From Treponema sp. J25 (GTDB taxonomy: Bacteria; Spirochaetota; Spirochaetia; Treponematales; Breznakiellaceae): a DNA stretch of 64,000 bases. The DNA lies in the NCBI RefSeq assembly GCF_004343725.1, contig NZ_PTQW01000032.1, forward strand, positions 9,287 through 73,286, written 5' to 3'. Positions 40,090 through 51,113 of the stretch are shown piece after piece. Position 1 is the stretch's first letter. Every line of letters starts with the position of its first letter. Position numbers and translations under genes: made by a program. A model generated the notes under the pieces. It had not been told where the DNA came from and ran no database searches. It saw only the letters and a program-made list of their open reading frames with translations.

Positions 40090-40676
40090 CAACATTAGAC
40101 AACCTGGTACAACTCCTGGCAAAACTCCCGGGGATTGGGAAAAAAACGGCTACCCGGCTGGCCTACCATATTCTGGATGGCTCTCCTTCCTATGCCCGGG
40201 AGCTTGCGGAACAGCTTGCCAACCTTCACAGCCGGATTCGGCGTTGCTCTCGGTGTGGCAATTACACCGAAGAAGACCCCTGCCCTATCTGCCAGGACCC
40301 GGGGCGGGATGCGTCCCTCCTTTGTGTGGTAGAGAAACCGCAGGATATACGGATCATCGAAGAGGGCAGGGAATTCCGGGGGCACTACCATGTGCTCGGC
40401 GGTCTTATTGCTCCCCTCGAAGGAGTTGGCCCCGACCAGCTTGCCATAGGAAAACTCCTGGAACGACTCCGGGGAGGGCACATCCAGGAGGTAATCCTTG
40501 CCCTTAATCCTACCATCGAAGGGGATACCACGGCATTGTACCTTCATAAATTACTGAAAGATACGGGGATCCGGGTTACCCGCCTCGCTTCCGGCCTTCC
40601 TGTGGGGGGAGACCTGGAATACGCCGATCGGCTTACCCTTTCTCGCAGTTTCCGGGGCCGGCTTCCCATGGGCTAG
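40074..40676 (+). CDS. recR: Recombination protein RecR
   Basis: HhH region, C4 zinc finger (CSRCGN…CPIC) and Toprim domain; length 200 aa. Confidence 0.9.
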   Translation: MGSGMTTLDNLVQLLAKLPGIGKKTATRLAYHILDGSPSYARELAEQLANLHSRIRRCSRCGNYTEEDPCPICQDPGRDASLLCVVEKPQDIRIIEEGREFRGHYHVLGGLIAPLEGVGPDQLAIGKLLERLRGGHIQEVILALNPTIEGDTTALYLHKLLKDTGIRVTRLASGLPVGGDLEYADRLTLSRSFRGRLPMG

Positions 40677-40754
40677 TATCCCTCTACAACAAACTGTTGT
40701 ACGCAGAGATGCGGGAGGAAAGACAAACATGCCAGCCGTTTTCTCTGAAAGCCC

Positions 40755-42461
40755 TTACCGTTGCATGCGACGATAACAGGCTTCGATGATGGGATCGAGG
40801 GACGGAACATCAAAGCCTTCCTGACGAAGGGCCCCGCGGGTATCGCTTTCTTCCCAATTCATAAAGGGATTGTGGTAATTTTCTTTTAAAAACTCATAAA
40901 TCGCATCTTCTACGCTTTCGGGGACCGTAAAAAACAGGCCCTTACCCTTACTCAGGACCTGCCGAATGGCGGGCCGAACCTGCATAAAGAAAAGGTCCCC
41001 ATATACATCGTAGGCCTTTCCTGAAAGGCGCTTCAGTCTATCTGAGACGGACCCACCGCTCATCGTTCCGCCCGCGCCCGGGGGAACAGGGCTCATAGAT
41101 ACAGCTTCTTGTTTTTTGGGCACCCTTCGTGTGGATGGGGAGCCTGTTTTTCGTTGCGAGGGTATGCTCTTTGAGAGCACAGCCACACGCGCTCGCGGGG
41201 ACTGAATAGAATCCTTCCCGTGCAGTGAAGTACTAGCGTTGCGACTAGCCTCAGGGGCCCCCGTTGTCCTCGGGGCAACTTCCCCTTGTACCGAAGCAGG
41301 CCTTCCCCTTGAACCTGCTGAGGAACCCACTCTTCTGGAGGAAAGGGGGGGGCGGCGGGGCACAGCAGGATGAGGGGCCATTTCTTTCTGGCCGACCGAT
41401 GGGGATTCTACACCCTTTCCTTCAAGCTTTTTCTTTAAGATAGCCCACTGTTGCTGAAGATATATATCTCCCCGGATGGAATAGTAATACCCTGAAATAA
41501 GGGCCCCCATCACGGCGGCAAGAATTTCATCGTCCCGTTTACCGGTTCTCCTTCCCCGCTGGATAATGGAAAACACTTCGTAGTGCTTAGTGCCATACTT
41601 TCGGGAATAAAGGAACAACACCCGTTCAAAGGCCGCATCGTTTACCAGGTTCCAGTATTTAAAACAATAGGCAAGGGTTTTGTCTTCTACTCGGGTTAAG
41701 GTTGGAGGGATCTGAATACGGGCAAGATCATAGGGAGAAAAATGCACCCGAGAAAGGTCCAGCACCACCGTCCGCCGGGGAGCAGCCGTTTTCTCCGGTC
41801 CAGTTTTTTTCCCCCGGATAGGTTCTGAAAGCTCCCTCTGCTGGGAGCGCAGGCGGGCAAGTTCTGCCTTATCCTGTTCCACCAGGCGCCGACGGGCCTC
41901 TTCCTGCTGGTGCCGCAGAGCCGCTTGACGCCTGCTCCGCTCTTCTTCCACCACCTGCAGGGACTCGGTGAGGTAGGCCCGGATCAGGGCCTCTGCCTTC
42001 TGGATTGCCGTCACATGGAAACGGAGCCGTTCGGCATACCGGAGAAGCCGCTCCATGCTAAGAATCGCTTCATATCGTTCCTTGGGAAGCAAGGCCAGAA
42101 TAGCCTCCGCAGTTTTTATGGTGGAATAGACATCGGTAGGATCATAGGAACGGGCCTTCTGGGCGATATACTCGATCAGGGTCTTTACCTTATCTATAAG
42201 ACGCTCTCCAATTTTTTCGTAGGCCCGTTGTAATAATCGGGGATAATCCGGGCTATGGGTTCGATAGGCCCGTAACAATTCCATCCGAAAGGCTTCTTCA
42301 GGATACCGGGGTACCAGTTTTGTTCTATAAAGGATGAGGGCATCCTGATCCCGCCCCAGGGAGCGAAGCTCGTAGTACCGTTCTATATCGGGATCGCCTG
42401 TTTCGGTTAAGTAGGGATATTCAATTTGAAATAGTTCTTTTTCTAATCCGGAGGAGCCCAT
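40755..42461 (-). CDS. Hypothetical protein with a coiled-coil and a Ser/Arg/Pro-rich disordered region
   Basis: Long ORF 40755-42605. The start is uncertain; I placed it at MGSSGLEKE. No family was recognised. Confidence 0.4.
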   Translation of the reverse strand: MGSSGLEKELFQIEYPYLTETGDPDIERYYELRSLGRDQDALILYRTKLVPRYPEEAFRMELLRAYRTHSPDYPRLLQRAYEKIGERLIDKVKTLIEYIAQKARSYDPTDVYSTIKTAEAILALLPKERYEAILSMERLLRYAERLRFHVTAIQKAEALIRAYLTESLQVVEEERSRRQAALRHQQEEARRRLVEQDKAELARLRSQQRELSEPIRGKKTGPEKTAAPRRTVVLDLSRVHFSPYDLARIQIPPTLTRVEDKTLAYCFKYWNLVNDAAFERVLFLYSRKYGTKHYEVFSIIQRGRRTGKRDDEILAAVMGALISGYYYSIRGDIYLQQQWAILKKKLEGKGVESPSVGQKEMAPHPAVPRRPPLSSRRVGSSAGSRGRPASVQGEVAPRTTGAPEASRNASTSLHGKDSIQSPRARVAVLSKSIPSQRKTGSPSTRRVPKKQEAVSMSPVPPGAGGTMSGGSVSDRLKRLSGKAYDVYGDLFFMQVRPAIRQVLSKGKGLFFTVPESVEDAIYEFLKENYHNPFMNWEESDTRGALRQEGFDVPSLDPIIEACYRRMQR

Positions 42462-42727
42462 GGCGCAGGTATTATACGATACTTTCTTATCTTTCCGCAA
42501 TCCAGAGATAGGGGAAATACAGAAAGGGGCTGCTCTTTCCTGTTTGATAGACCTGCCACCCTTTATCATGATCCATACCACATCCACACAACATTGGGGT
42601 ATCAAAAGGCCCCCTTCCCTTCTCCCTTCAGAAAAAAGCCTGGCCTCGCTGTTTAAAAGAACAGGTCCATCTCTCTAGCAAGAAACTCGATAAGGTACTA
42701 CTATTACAGAAAGGAGGAAGTGGCTCC

Positions 42728-44224
42728 ATGCCTCTTACGGAGTATTACATTCTTGCCCTCGATCAGGGGACTACTTCATCACGGGCCATCCTGTTTAATC
42801 GTTCAGGATTGGTTATTGGTCTTTCTCAGCATCCCTTTCGCCAAATCTACCCCCAGGGGGGCTGGGTAGAACAGAATCCCGAAGAAATCTGGGAATCCCA
42901 ATACACCGCCGCCCGGGAAGCAATAAAGGCGGCCCAGATAACTCCGGAACAAATAGCCGCCATAGGTATCACCAATCAACGAGAAACCATTATTTTGTGG
43001 GAACGTCGGACGGGCAAGCCCGTCTACAATGCCATCGTATGGCAGTGCCGGCGTTCTGCCGATATCTGCCGGGAACTTAAAGCGCTGGGCCACGAAGAAC
43101 GGATCCGGGAGAAAACGGGCCTTATCCTGGACCCCTATTTTTCCGCCACTAAACTCATGTGGCTGTTTGAAGAGGTCCCCCACCTTAAGGAACGGGCGGA
43201 GCGGGGAGAGATCCTTTTTGGTACCGTTGATTCCTGGCTCCTGTACAAACTGACGGGGAAACACCTTACCGATTATACCAATGCATCCCGAACGATGCTT
43301 TTTAACATAAAGACCGGCGAATGGGATCGGGAACTCCTAACGCTCATGGGAATACCTGACGTCATTCTGCCGGAGGTACGCCCTTCCTCTGGCCTTTTCG
43401 CGTCCACCAAAACAGAGCTCTTTGGGAAACCCATTCCCGTCACGGGCTGTGCAGGGGATCAACAAGCGGCTTTATTCGGTCATGCCTGCTTTGAGCCGGG
43501 GGACATTAAAAACACCTATGGCACGGGGTGTTTTACCCTCCTTAACACCGGCGACCGGCCCGTGACGTCGAACCATAATCTGCTCACCACCATCGCCTGG
43601 CGACTCGGCGGGAAAACCACCTACGCTCTAGAAGGTTCGGTGTTCATTGCGGGGGCCCTTATCCAATGGCTTCGGGACGAGTTGGGACTCATCGCCAGCG
43701 CCCCCGAAACGGATAACCTTGCCCAGTCGGTTCCTGATTCGGGGAAGGTCATCATCGTTCCTGCCTTTGTGGGTATGGGAGCCCCCTACTGGGACCCGGA
43801 TGTACGGGGAACCATCTTTGGCCTTACCCGGGGGACCACAAAGGCCCACCTGGTCCGGGCAGCCCTGGAAAGCATTGCCCTCCAGTCCCAGGATCTCTTT
43901 GAAGCCATGGAAGCCGACTGTGGTAAACCAATCACCGTCCTTAAAGCCGATGGAGGCGCCTCGGCCAATTCTTTCTTGATGCAGTATCAGGCAGACATCC
44001 TGGGGAAAACGGTGGTACTTCCTGAAGTTACGGAGATTACCGCCCTGGGAGCGGCCTATCTGGCGGGCCTAGAAGTAGGCTATTGGGATAGCCTGCGAGA
44101 CATTGCCTTAAACTGGCGGGTCCGTCGACGGTTCTCTCCTTTGCTTGGCGAAGAAGAGCGGCAACGGAGGATTCAACGCTGGCACCGGGCAGTGGCGGTA
44201 GCCCGGGCATTTCGAGAGGAATAA
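42728..44224 (+). CDS. glpK: Glycerol kinase
   Basis: FGGY-family signature throughout (…ALDQGTTSSRAILF…GTGCF…); length 498 aa. Confidence 0.9.
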   Translation: MPLTEYYILALDQGTTSSRAILFNRSGLVIGLSQHPFRQIYPQGGWVEQNPEEIWESQYTAAREAIKAAQITPEQIAAIGITNQRETIILWERRTGKPVYNAIVWQCRRSADICRELKALGHEERIREKTGLILDPYFSATKLMWLFEEVPHLKERAERGEILFGTVDSWLLYKLTGKHLTDYTNASRTMLFNIKTGEWDRELLTLMGIPDVILPEVRPSSGLFASTKTELFGKPIPVTGCAGDQQAALFGHACFEPGDIKNTYGTGCFTLLNTGDRPVTSNHNLLTTIAWRLGGKTTYALEGSVFIAGALIQWLRDELGLIASAPETDNLAQSVPDSGKVIIVPAFVGMGAPYWDPDVRGTIFGLTRGTTKAHLVRAALESIALQSQDLFEAMEADCGKPITVLKADGGASANSFLMQYQADILGKTVVLPEVTEITALGAAYLAGLEVGYWDSLRDIALNWRVRRRFSPLLGEEERQRRIQRWHRAVAVARAFREE

Positions 44225-44232
44225 AGGCTCCT

Positions 44233-46578
44233 ATGGGAACGGCAGAATCCCTCAAACCCGATCCTGACAGACGTTACCTTAACCTGGTGGAGGCCTTACC
44301 GGACATCGTCTACGAACTTGATCCGGAGGGGCACTTTACTTTTGTAAATCAGGCCGTTTCCCTCTTAGGGTACACACCGGAAGAACTCATTGGGAAACAT
44401 TTTAGTGCCATCCTTTTTGAAGAAGATATCCCCTATGTAAGCCGGGAATACCTGTTACCCCTTTACCAGAAACGGAACACCGGGGCACGGGGAGCCCCCA
44501 AACTTTTCGATGAACGACGGGGGGTGCCCCGTAAAACAGAGAACCTGGAACTACGGCTTAAACGCAAAACCCCTTCTCCGCTTGAGGGGAAAGAGATGTA
44601 CGCATCTATCATTTCCTACGGAGAAGTAACTTCGGCGGGGGCATATAAAAGGGGCGATACTTCTTCGGAGCCCGTATTTGTGGGAACCGTTGGTATCATA
44701 CGAGACATAACCCTTCGCCGAAAATCGGAAGAAATGCTCCGAAAAATGTACCAGGCCGTCGATCAGAGCCCCCTGGGGATTGCCATTTTGAATCGAGATC
44801 TTATCATAGAATATGTGAATCCCGCCTTCTTTTCTCTTACCGCCACCGGCCCTGACCAGGTAATCGGCCAAAAAATCACTCATTTTATACTTCCTGATCC
44901 CTCTATAAAGAAGAATTATGAAGCCCTATGTACTTCGATCGAATCGGGGCTTGATTGGCGAGGGGAACTCCGCTGGAACCGTGCCGGGGCCACTCCCCTT
45001 TGGGTAGATTTTTCTTTTTCAGCCGTCAGGAATCCCGCAGGGGCCATTACCCATTATCTTTGTAATATTGAAGATATTACGGCCCGAAAAACCCTCGAAG
45101 AACTGAGTATTCAGGCCAGGGATGCCGCCGAAGAAGCCCATCGAGCTAAGGAAGAATTTATTTCCCACTGGAGCAGCCAGATTCAAAATCCCCTTTTAGA
45201 ACTGATTATGGTAAGCGAAAAGCTTCGCCACAGTGGAAACTATGAAGACGAAGTGGCCCAGGAAATTCAAAAAAAGTGCCGGGAGTTGTTGGCCACCCTG
45301 GACGATTTTTCCCTCTTTTTTGCTCCCCAGGGAGAAATCCTCCATTTTTACCCCGAGGAAGTACTCCTCAGCAAGGATATTGAAGAGACCCTACTCCCCT
45401 ATAAAAACGAGGCAACGGAGCGGGGGCTTTCTTGGAGCATCCATATTGATGATGGAGGCTTTCCCATGGTTCGCATGGATTTCACTAAAATTCGGAAGAT
45501 CCTTTCCGTGTTGGTAACTAATGCCCTTACCCATACCAGTGCAGGGGGCATTCAGATTTCTTGCCACGTCCGGGCAAAGGAACAAATTCCGGCTTTGTTC
45601 GTATCGGTAAAAGACACGGGGAGTGGATTCTCGGGGGAAGAACAGCAACATTTGTTTACCGCCCCAGGGCAAAACAACGGCGAAAAAGCTCTTAAAAAAG
45701 AATCTTATCAAGAAATAGGCTTACCCCTCATCAAAAAACTCATAGAACGGATGGGAGGGGCCATATCGGTAGAAAGTACTCCGGGGGTGGGAAGTATCTT
45801 TTCGTTTTTTGTCCCCCTGGAAGTTACTTCTTTTCCTGTCTCACCATCCCCAGGGAGATCCCCTTCTTCCCCTCTTTTGATTCTTATCGGGGAACAAAAT
45901 CCGGTAAATCAGGAATATTTCCGTCATATTCTAGAAAAGGCTGGCCACCAGGTATTTTTTGCGGTAGGACAGAAGGCCATCCTTGCTCTTTTGGAATCCA
46001 GGGATTTTGACTGCCTTATTGTAGATATTCAAGAGCCAGAAGTAGAGGGTTTACAGACCGTAATGGCCATCCGTTCTTCCCACAGTCAGCATTTTGATCC
46101 TTCCCTTCCCATCATAGGACTGGGAACCATCGAAGGCAAACAGGGGCTCCCGAGCAGGAGTTTTTTTGATGCCCTCCTTCCCAAGCCGGTTACCATTCAA
46201 CACCTGGTACAACAGATAGAAACGCTTACCCTGCATCGTCTCCCTCTTAACATAGAAAGGCTCCGACGAATCTATGCGGGGAGCGAGGAAGACCTCCGCC
46301 ATCTTCTTATGACGGCCCATACGGAATTACCTAAATACCTTACCAGTCTTGAAGGGGCGTACGAGTCTCAGGACACGGAAAAAATCCGTCAGAGTCTTCA
46401 GCATATGGTAAATATTTTTGCGATCCTGGGAAATAAGAGCGCAGAGAATCTTATTAAGAGATACTATACCGCATTAACCAACCCTCAGGAGGAGGAACAA
46501 GGGACGATACATCGGCGACTTGTACGAGAGGCGATGGCAACAACGCATCACCTTCAGCGGATCTTAGAAGAATCCTGA
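44233..46578 (+). CDS. Hybrid sensor histidine kinase (PAS, HisKA, HATPase_c, receiver, HPt-like C-terminus)
   Basis: Two PAS-like segments, H-box …EFISHWSSQI…, G-boxes …DTGSGFSGEE…GVGSIF…, and a receiver block …LLILIGEQNP…DCLIVDIQEPEV…. Confidence 0.75.
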   Translation: MGTAESLKPDPDRRYLNLVEALPDIVYELDPEGHFTFVNQAVSLLGYTPEELIGKHFSAILFEEDIPYVSREYLLPLYQKRNTGARGAPKLFDERRGVPRKTENLELRLKRKTPSPLEGKEMYASIISYGEVTSAGAYKRGDTSSEPVFVGTVGIIRDITLRRKSEEMLRKMYQAVDQSPLGIAILNRDLIIEYVNPAFFSLTATGPDQVIGQKITHFILPDPSIKKNYEALCTSIESGLDWRGELRWNRAGATPLWVDFSFSAVRNPAGAITHYLCNIEDITARKTLEELSIQARDAAEEAHRAKEEFISHWSSQIQNPLLELIMVSEKLRHSGNYEDEVAQEIQKKCRELLATLDDFSLFFAPQGEILHFYPEEVLLSKDIEETLLPYKNEATERGLSWSIHIDDGGFPMVRMDFTKIRKILSVLVTNALTHTSAGGIQISCHVRAKEQIPALFVSVKDTGSGFSGEEQQHLFTAPGQNNGEKALKKESYQEIGLPLIKKLIERMGGAISVESTPGVGSIFSFFVPLEVTSFPVSPSPGRSPSSPLLILIGEQNPVNQEYFRHILEKAGHQVFFAVGQKAILALLESRDFDCLIVDIQEPEVEGLQTVMAIRSSHSQHFDPSLPIIGLGTIEGKQGLPSRSFFDALLPKPVTIQHLVQQIETLTLHRLPLNIERLRRIYAGSEEDLRHLLMTAHTELPKYLTSLEGAYESQDTEKIRQSLQHMVNIFAILGNKSAENLIKRYYTALTNPQEEEQGTIHRRLVREAMATTHHLQRILEES

Positions 46579-46782
46579 GAAGCTTTTCCCCTCGCAGTTT
46601 TTAAAAGGCCCTTAAGAGCCCACAAAATGGGCGACTCCTCATAAGAGTTTATTCGCTCTTTCCCATTTATAAATCATCTTGCCCCGCTGGAGGATAAGCC
46701 CGGGGGCACTACATCTGTTTACAGAACAAAGGGGGAATAAAAGCCCTTCAGAAAAACTTCAAAACATGATAGAGTTCCTCTC

Positions 46783-47817
46783 ATGAATAAGAGAATGAAA
46801 GAGGGACGTTTTTTTATTTTTTCCATCATCCTTTTAGGGACCATAGGTTGTATCATGGCTAATCCTTCCAACACCCAACTCGGGGATGGGCTTTTTGCCC
46901 GCATCAGTACCACCAAAGGGGATATTGTCGTTCGCTTGGAATTTGAGAAAACCCCCCTGACGGTTTGCAATTTTGTCGCCCTGGCAGAGGGGAAAATGAA
47001 CGTAACAGGGGGAAAACCCTTTTATAACGGCCTTACCTTCCACCGGGTAATCCCCGATTTCATGATTCAGGGGGGCGATCCCCTGGGTAATGGCACGGGA
47101 GGACCGGGCTATAAATTTCCGGACGAAATCGATCCTTCCCTCAAACATGATGGGCCAGGAGTGCTTTCCATGGCCAATGCGGGGCCCAACACGAATGGGA
47201 GTCAGTTTTTTATCACCCACAAGGCCACTCCCTGGCTCGATGGGAAGCATACCGTTTTTGGTAGAGTAGTCCAGGGACAGGAAGTGGTTAATGCCATTGT
47301 CCAGGGAGATAAGATAGAGAAGATCACCATCATTCGAAACGGTCAGGCTGCCCGAGCCTTTAAAGCCGATCAGGCGAGCTTTGACAACCTACTTAAAAGC
47401 ACCCTGGCGGCCCTTCAGGAACGGCAGGCAAAACAACGAGAAGCGGATCTGGCTACCATCGCCACCAAGTACCCTGGAGCCCAGACAAGCCCCACAGGAC
47501 TCCGCTACCTCATCCTTAAAGAGGGGAAGGGACCTGCCCCGACACCAGGAAAAATGGTGGCGGTAAGATACAAGGGGATGTTTCTTTCCGGAGAAGTGTT
47601 TGATAATTCGGACCTGCGGGGCGGGCCCCTGGAGGTTGTGATTGGCCAGGGGCGTCTTATTCCCGGCTGGGAACAGGCGGTACTGGATATGAAGGTAGGG
47701 GAACGCCGTCTTGTTATTATTCCTCCCGAGTTAGCCTATGGGGAACGGGGCGCCGGGAATGTCATTCCTCCGAACGCCTTTCTTGTTTTTGAGTTAGAAC
47801 TCGTAAAGATTAAATAG
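46783..47817 (+). CDS. Dual-family peptidyl-prolyl cis-trans isomerase: N-terminal cyclophilin domain fused to a C-terminal FKBP domain, lipoprotein-like signal
   Basis: Cyclophilin motifs (…[15 protein letters not shown]…[16 protein letters not shown]…) and an FKBP domain (…[16 protein letters not shown]…[16 protein letters not shown]…LVFELELV). Confidence 0.8.
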   Translation: MNKRMKEGRFFIFSIILLGTIGCIMANPSNTQLGDGLFARISTTKGDIVVRLEFEKTPLTVCNFVALAEGKMNVTGGKPFYNGLTFHRVIPDFMIQGGDPLGNGTGGPGYKFPDEIDPSLKHDGPGVLSMANAGPNTNGSQFFITHKATPWLDGKHTVFGRVVQGQEVVNAIVQGDKIEKITIIRNGQAARAFKADQASFDNLLKSTLAALQERQAKQREADLATIATKYPGAQTSPTGLRYLILKEGKGPAPTPGKMVAVRYKGMFLSGEVFDNSDLRGGPLEVVIGQGRLIPGWEQAVLDMKVGERRLVIIPPELAYGERGAGNVIPPNAFLVFELELVKIK

Positions 47818-47837
47818 GCCCCGAAAAAAAGAGGGGT

Positions 47838-48536
47838 TTGTTTTTTGGTATGAAAAAGAAGAAAGCCGGGAAAACACAGGGGCGCCCACAAAAAAAAGCC
47901 CTTTCTTCTATTTCCGTTTCTCCGTCCCCAGGCGCCGGATGGGAAGAAGAGGGCTCCCCCGAAACGGTGCTGGCCGATTTTTCCCGGCTTACCCACCTTG
48001 TGGTGGATACCTCGAGTTTTATCCTTTTTCAGGAACTGGGTCTTCTGGGACCCCTTACAAGCCGTTGGCAATGTTCCATTACTGAAAAGGTGTTACAGGA
48101 ACTGGAAAGGGGACCGAATCCCCCTGCGGCAAAGGACGTTTTGGGCTTTACGATTGAACCGTCTCTTACCGTCCTTAGCTCTCATACTCCAGATAATCAT
48201 CTTGACCCGGCAAAAAAAGAGGGAGGACATGGTACGCCCCGTACGCCCCTTTCGACAGCTTCACCAAACACCGACTGGGAACTTCTTTTATTAGCAGAAC
48301 GTTCGGGACAGGCCCTGCTTTCGGAGGACCGAAAACTGCTCCGCGCGGGAGAGGAGCGAAAGCTTCTGTCCTTAGATACTCTCCTTGCCCTGGTGATTCT
48401 CCGGTACCTGGGAACCATATCAAGGGCCTGTTATGTCCAGGCCCAGGAGTATCTTTTAAAACGAAATCGCTACAGTGCCGCCTACCTGGGGTTTATAGAG
48501 CAACTCCTATTGTGGATGGAAAAAGAAGGGAGATAA
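47838..48536 (+). CDS. Hypothetical protein, possibly PIN-like
   Basis: 232-aa ORF with no confident family assignment. Confidence 0.3.
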   Translation: MFFGMKKKKAGKTQGRPQKKALSSISVSPSPGAGWEEEGSPETVLADFSRLTHLVVDTSSFILFQELGLLGPLTSRWQCSITEKVLQELERGPNPPAAKDVLGFTIEPSLTVLSSHTPDNHLDPAKKEGGHGTPRTPLSTASPNTDWELLLLAERSGQALLSEDRKLLRAGEERKLLSLDTLLALVILRYLGTISRACYVQAQEYLLKRNRYSAAYLGFIEQLLLWMEKEGR

Positions 48537-48703
48537 GGTTCGTTTTTATTAAAAAATTAACAAAGGGGGAACCCACCGCCATATATCCCCATTGAACAAC
48601 AGGCCGTTCATAAAGCGTTGCCATCACATAGGCGTCGCTAGCCTCCTGTGTTCATAACCATTTACCCAAAGGCCCCCTCATAAGGTCCAGCAGGATCCCT
48701 TTT

Positions 48704-49624
48704 TCACAGCCGAAGCCCGAACAAAACCACTAAAGGAATGGTTCCAACGCAAAATAGGGTAGACAAAAACACAAGGGAACTGGCACATTCCGCATCGGCG
48801 CCGTACACATCCGCCAGGATGCTGGTGTTGGCCGCCACGGGCATGGCCGTAATGATAGTGGGGAGCACCCACAACAGGCCCCGCAGTCCTACCGCGTACA
48901 GGAGGGCCCCCACAAGGGCCGGTAGTCCCAACAGCCGAACCAGAACAGTCACATAGTATTGCCAGCGCCCCACGATTTTGCGGACATCCATCCGGGCCAG
49001 AATCGCCCCAATCACTATCATTGAAAGGGGACTGGTTATATCACCGGTCATCTTGATAGTTCTGTACAGGCTCTCGGGCAATTTCACTGAACCTACAAAC
49101 AAAAGGAACCCTAGCAGGGTAGCCACCACACTGGGATTCACGAAGGTCTTCCAGGAAAGAACCACCTGGCGCTTCCCTTCCCGGGCGATAAGCCAGGCTC
49201 CTATGGAAAAGGCCAATACATTAAAGGGGATGTTAAAAATGGCCAGGTGAAAAAGAGCACCCTGCCCCAAGAGGGCTTCTACCACCGGGAAGCCCATAAA
49301 ACCCACATTCGAAAAAATAAGGGCATACCGGTGCACCCCCCGTTCCTGGGGAAAAAGGGGAATTGCCAGCGGATACAAAACAGCTACCAGAAAATACAGC
49401 CCATACAGGGCAAAAGAAAGGGCCAGGGTAATCAGGGCTTCCTGTAAAAGTTCCTGACTAAAGGGACGTTGCAGCGAAGCCAGAATGAGGGCAGGGAGAG
49501 AAATATGCAGGATAAAACGGGAAAAATGTCCCACCGCCGCATCTTCAATGGTCTGGGTTTTCCTTCCCCCGTAGCCAATCAGAATCAACAAAAAAAGCAC
49601 CAGTACCTGGTTAAACACCTGCAT
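48704..49624 (-). CDS. AEC (auxin efflux carrier) family transporter
   Basis: N-terminus MQVFNQVLVLFLLILIGY and about 10 TM segments, typical of the AEC/YfdV family. Confidence 0.8.
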   Translation of the reverse strand: MQVFNQVLVLFLLILIGYGGRKTQTIEDAAVGHFSRFILHISLPALILASLQRPFSQELLQEALITLALSFALYGLYFLVAVLYPLAIPLFPQERGVHRYALIFSNVGFMGFPVVEALLGQGALFHLAIFNIPFNVLAFSIGAWLIAREGKRQVVLSWKTFVNPSVVATLLGFLLFVGSVKLPESLYRTIKMTGDITSPLSMIVIGAILARMDVRKIVGRWQYYVTVLVRLLGLPALVGALLYAVGLRGLLWVLPTIITAMPVAANTSILADVYGADAECASSLVFLSTLFCVGTIPLVVLFGLRL

Positions 49625-49653
49625 GAAGCATCGGCCCCTTTCATGGGACGCCC

Positions 49654-50976
49654 TTAGAAACGGACAGACACCTGGCTTCCCAGTGTAAACACCTGGTTTT
49701 CCTGGGCAGCTCCATCCCCTGGCGTCCCCACTTGATAATGGGCATAGCCTACCAGGGAGACTCCCCTTTGTAAAGCGTATCGGATAGAAGCTTGAACAAA
49801 GAACTCCGGGGAACCGGGCTCAAAAAGGCCCAGCGCTGCCCCTTGCAGGCTTTCCGTAAAAGTATAGGACAACTGAGCAAAACCGACCTGTCTCGCCCGG
49901 AACCCACTCCAGGGGTACTCGGATCCCCCCGAAACCTGGTATTCCAAATTGAACGTCAGGTCCCCGAGGGAATAATTGATGCCCCCCATAAGGCTATAGG
50001 AAATATCCTCAAACGAAAGGGCCCCTTCAGTAAGGGGGAGACGAAGCATACCTTCTCCTACAAGGCCCACCAGGAGGTCCCCCTGCACATCCGCTCCCAG
50101 GAGCAAGGCTTTGTCGGAGGATACGCTCGAGGCAACTCCTCCCCCTGAAGAAGCGGCCCCCAATAAAAGATTACCCCCGAGAACTGAGTGGCCCTGACGG
50201 AGGGTAGGCAACGCACCGCCATCATAGCCGGCGAGCATACCCATCTCCCATCCTGCCATATTAGCCTTAAAATGGGCCGCTCCGTATCCTTCCGCTACTG
50301 GCGGGAGCAGGGTATACACCATATCGATATTCGAAAGCATTCCAAGAGGGATAGTCCATCGGACCACATCGGTGCCGGGGCGACTTATACTGGTTCCTTC
50401 TAAAAAGGCCGAAGCAAGGAGATCCGTCGGCGAAAGGGCCCGGCCGCGGCCCCAGTTTACTATCATGCGGCCCACCGAAAGATCCCCCCATCCGGTGTAC
50501 AGGGCCAGGAAAAGGCGGCTCACCTCGGCCGTAACAAAGGGCAGGGCAACTCCGCTCTGTCCCTGTAACGTCCAGGCCAGGGCGGCCAGGTCTCCGTACA
50601 GGAGCGTAACCCGGCCGGTCGCAAAAACCTGGGCACTGTCCCTCTGGCCCCCTTTAAGGTTCAAGGTAGCGGAGAAAAGGGGGCCCTCTAAGGGGTCCAG
50701 CCAGCCTTCACGAGAAAGATCGGTCCAATAAAAGGAGGTGGTGAAAGCCCCCTCGCCCCAGAGATGGAGCGTATCCTGGGGAGCCCATTGCCGGGTGGTT
50801 TCTGATAGTTCCGGGGAAGCTTCTGTTTGTTCCAGGGAAGTAGGTTGATTTTCTGCAGGAAACCCTTCCTGAGCCCCGAGGGTCATTCCTGAATGGACCC
50901 CTATGGTTTCCCAGAGCCAAAACAACATAACCAAAAGAATAAGGGACTGTTGTTTTTTCTTTGTCCCTCTCATCAT
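49654..50976 (-). CDS. Hypothetical secreted Gly-rich (outer-membrane β-barrel-like) protein
   Basis: The signal-like N-terminus MMRGTKKKQQSLILLVMLFWLW starts at an internal Met of ORF 49654-51042. The protein is Gly/Ser-rich with alternating hydrophobic residues. Confidence 0.4.
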   Translation of the reverse strand: MMRGTKKKQQSLILLVMLFWLWETIGVHSGMTLGAQEGFPAENQPTSLEQTEASPELSETTRQWAPQDTLHLWGEGAFTTSFYWTDLSREGWLDPLEGPLFSATLNLKGGQRDSAQVFATGRVTLLYGDLAALAWTLQGQSGVALPFVTAEVSRLFLALYTGWGDLSVGRMIVNWGRGRALSPTDLLASAFLEGTSISRPGTDVVRWTIPLGMLSNIDMVYTLLPPVAEGYGAAHFKANMAGWEMGMLAGYDGGALPTLRQGHSVLGGNLLLGAASSGGGVASSVSSDKALLLGADVQGDLLVGLVGEGMLRLPLTEGALSFEDISYSLMGGINYSLGDLTFNLEYQVSGGSEYPWSGFRARQVGFAQLSYTFTESLQGAALGLFEPGSPEFFVQASIRYALQRGVSLVGYAHYQVGTPGDGAAQENQVFTLGSQVSVRF

Positions 50977-51113
50977 TGGTGCAATCTTCTTACCCCCTCC
51001 CAGGGGGAAAAAAACATTCGGAAAATGATGGTTCTGCTTCATAGGATTTCCTTTTGGCGGCGGTAAGCGCCGCCACCATGGGTTTTGCAGTACAGCCTAT
51101 GTTGTAGGAGCCC

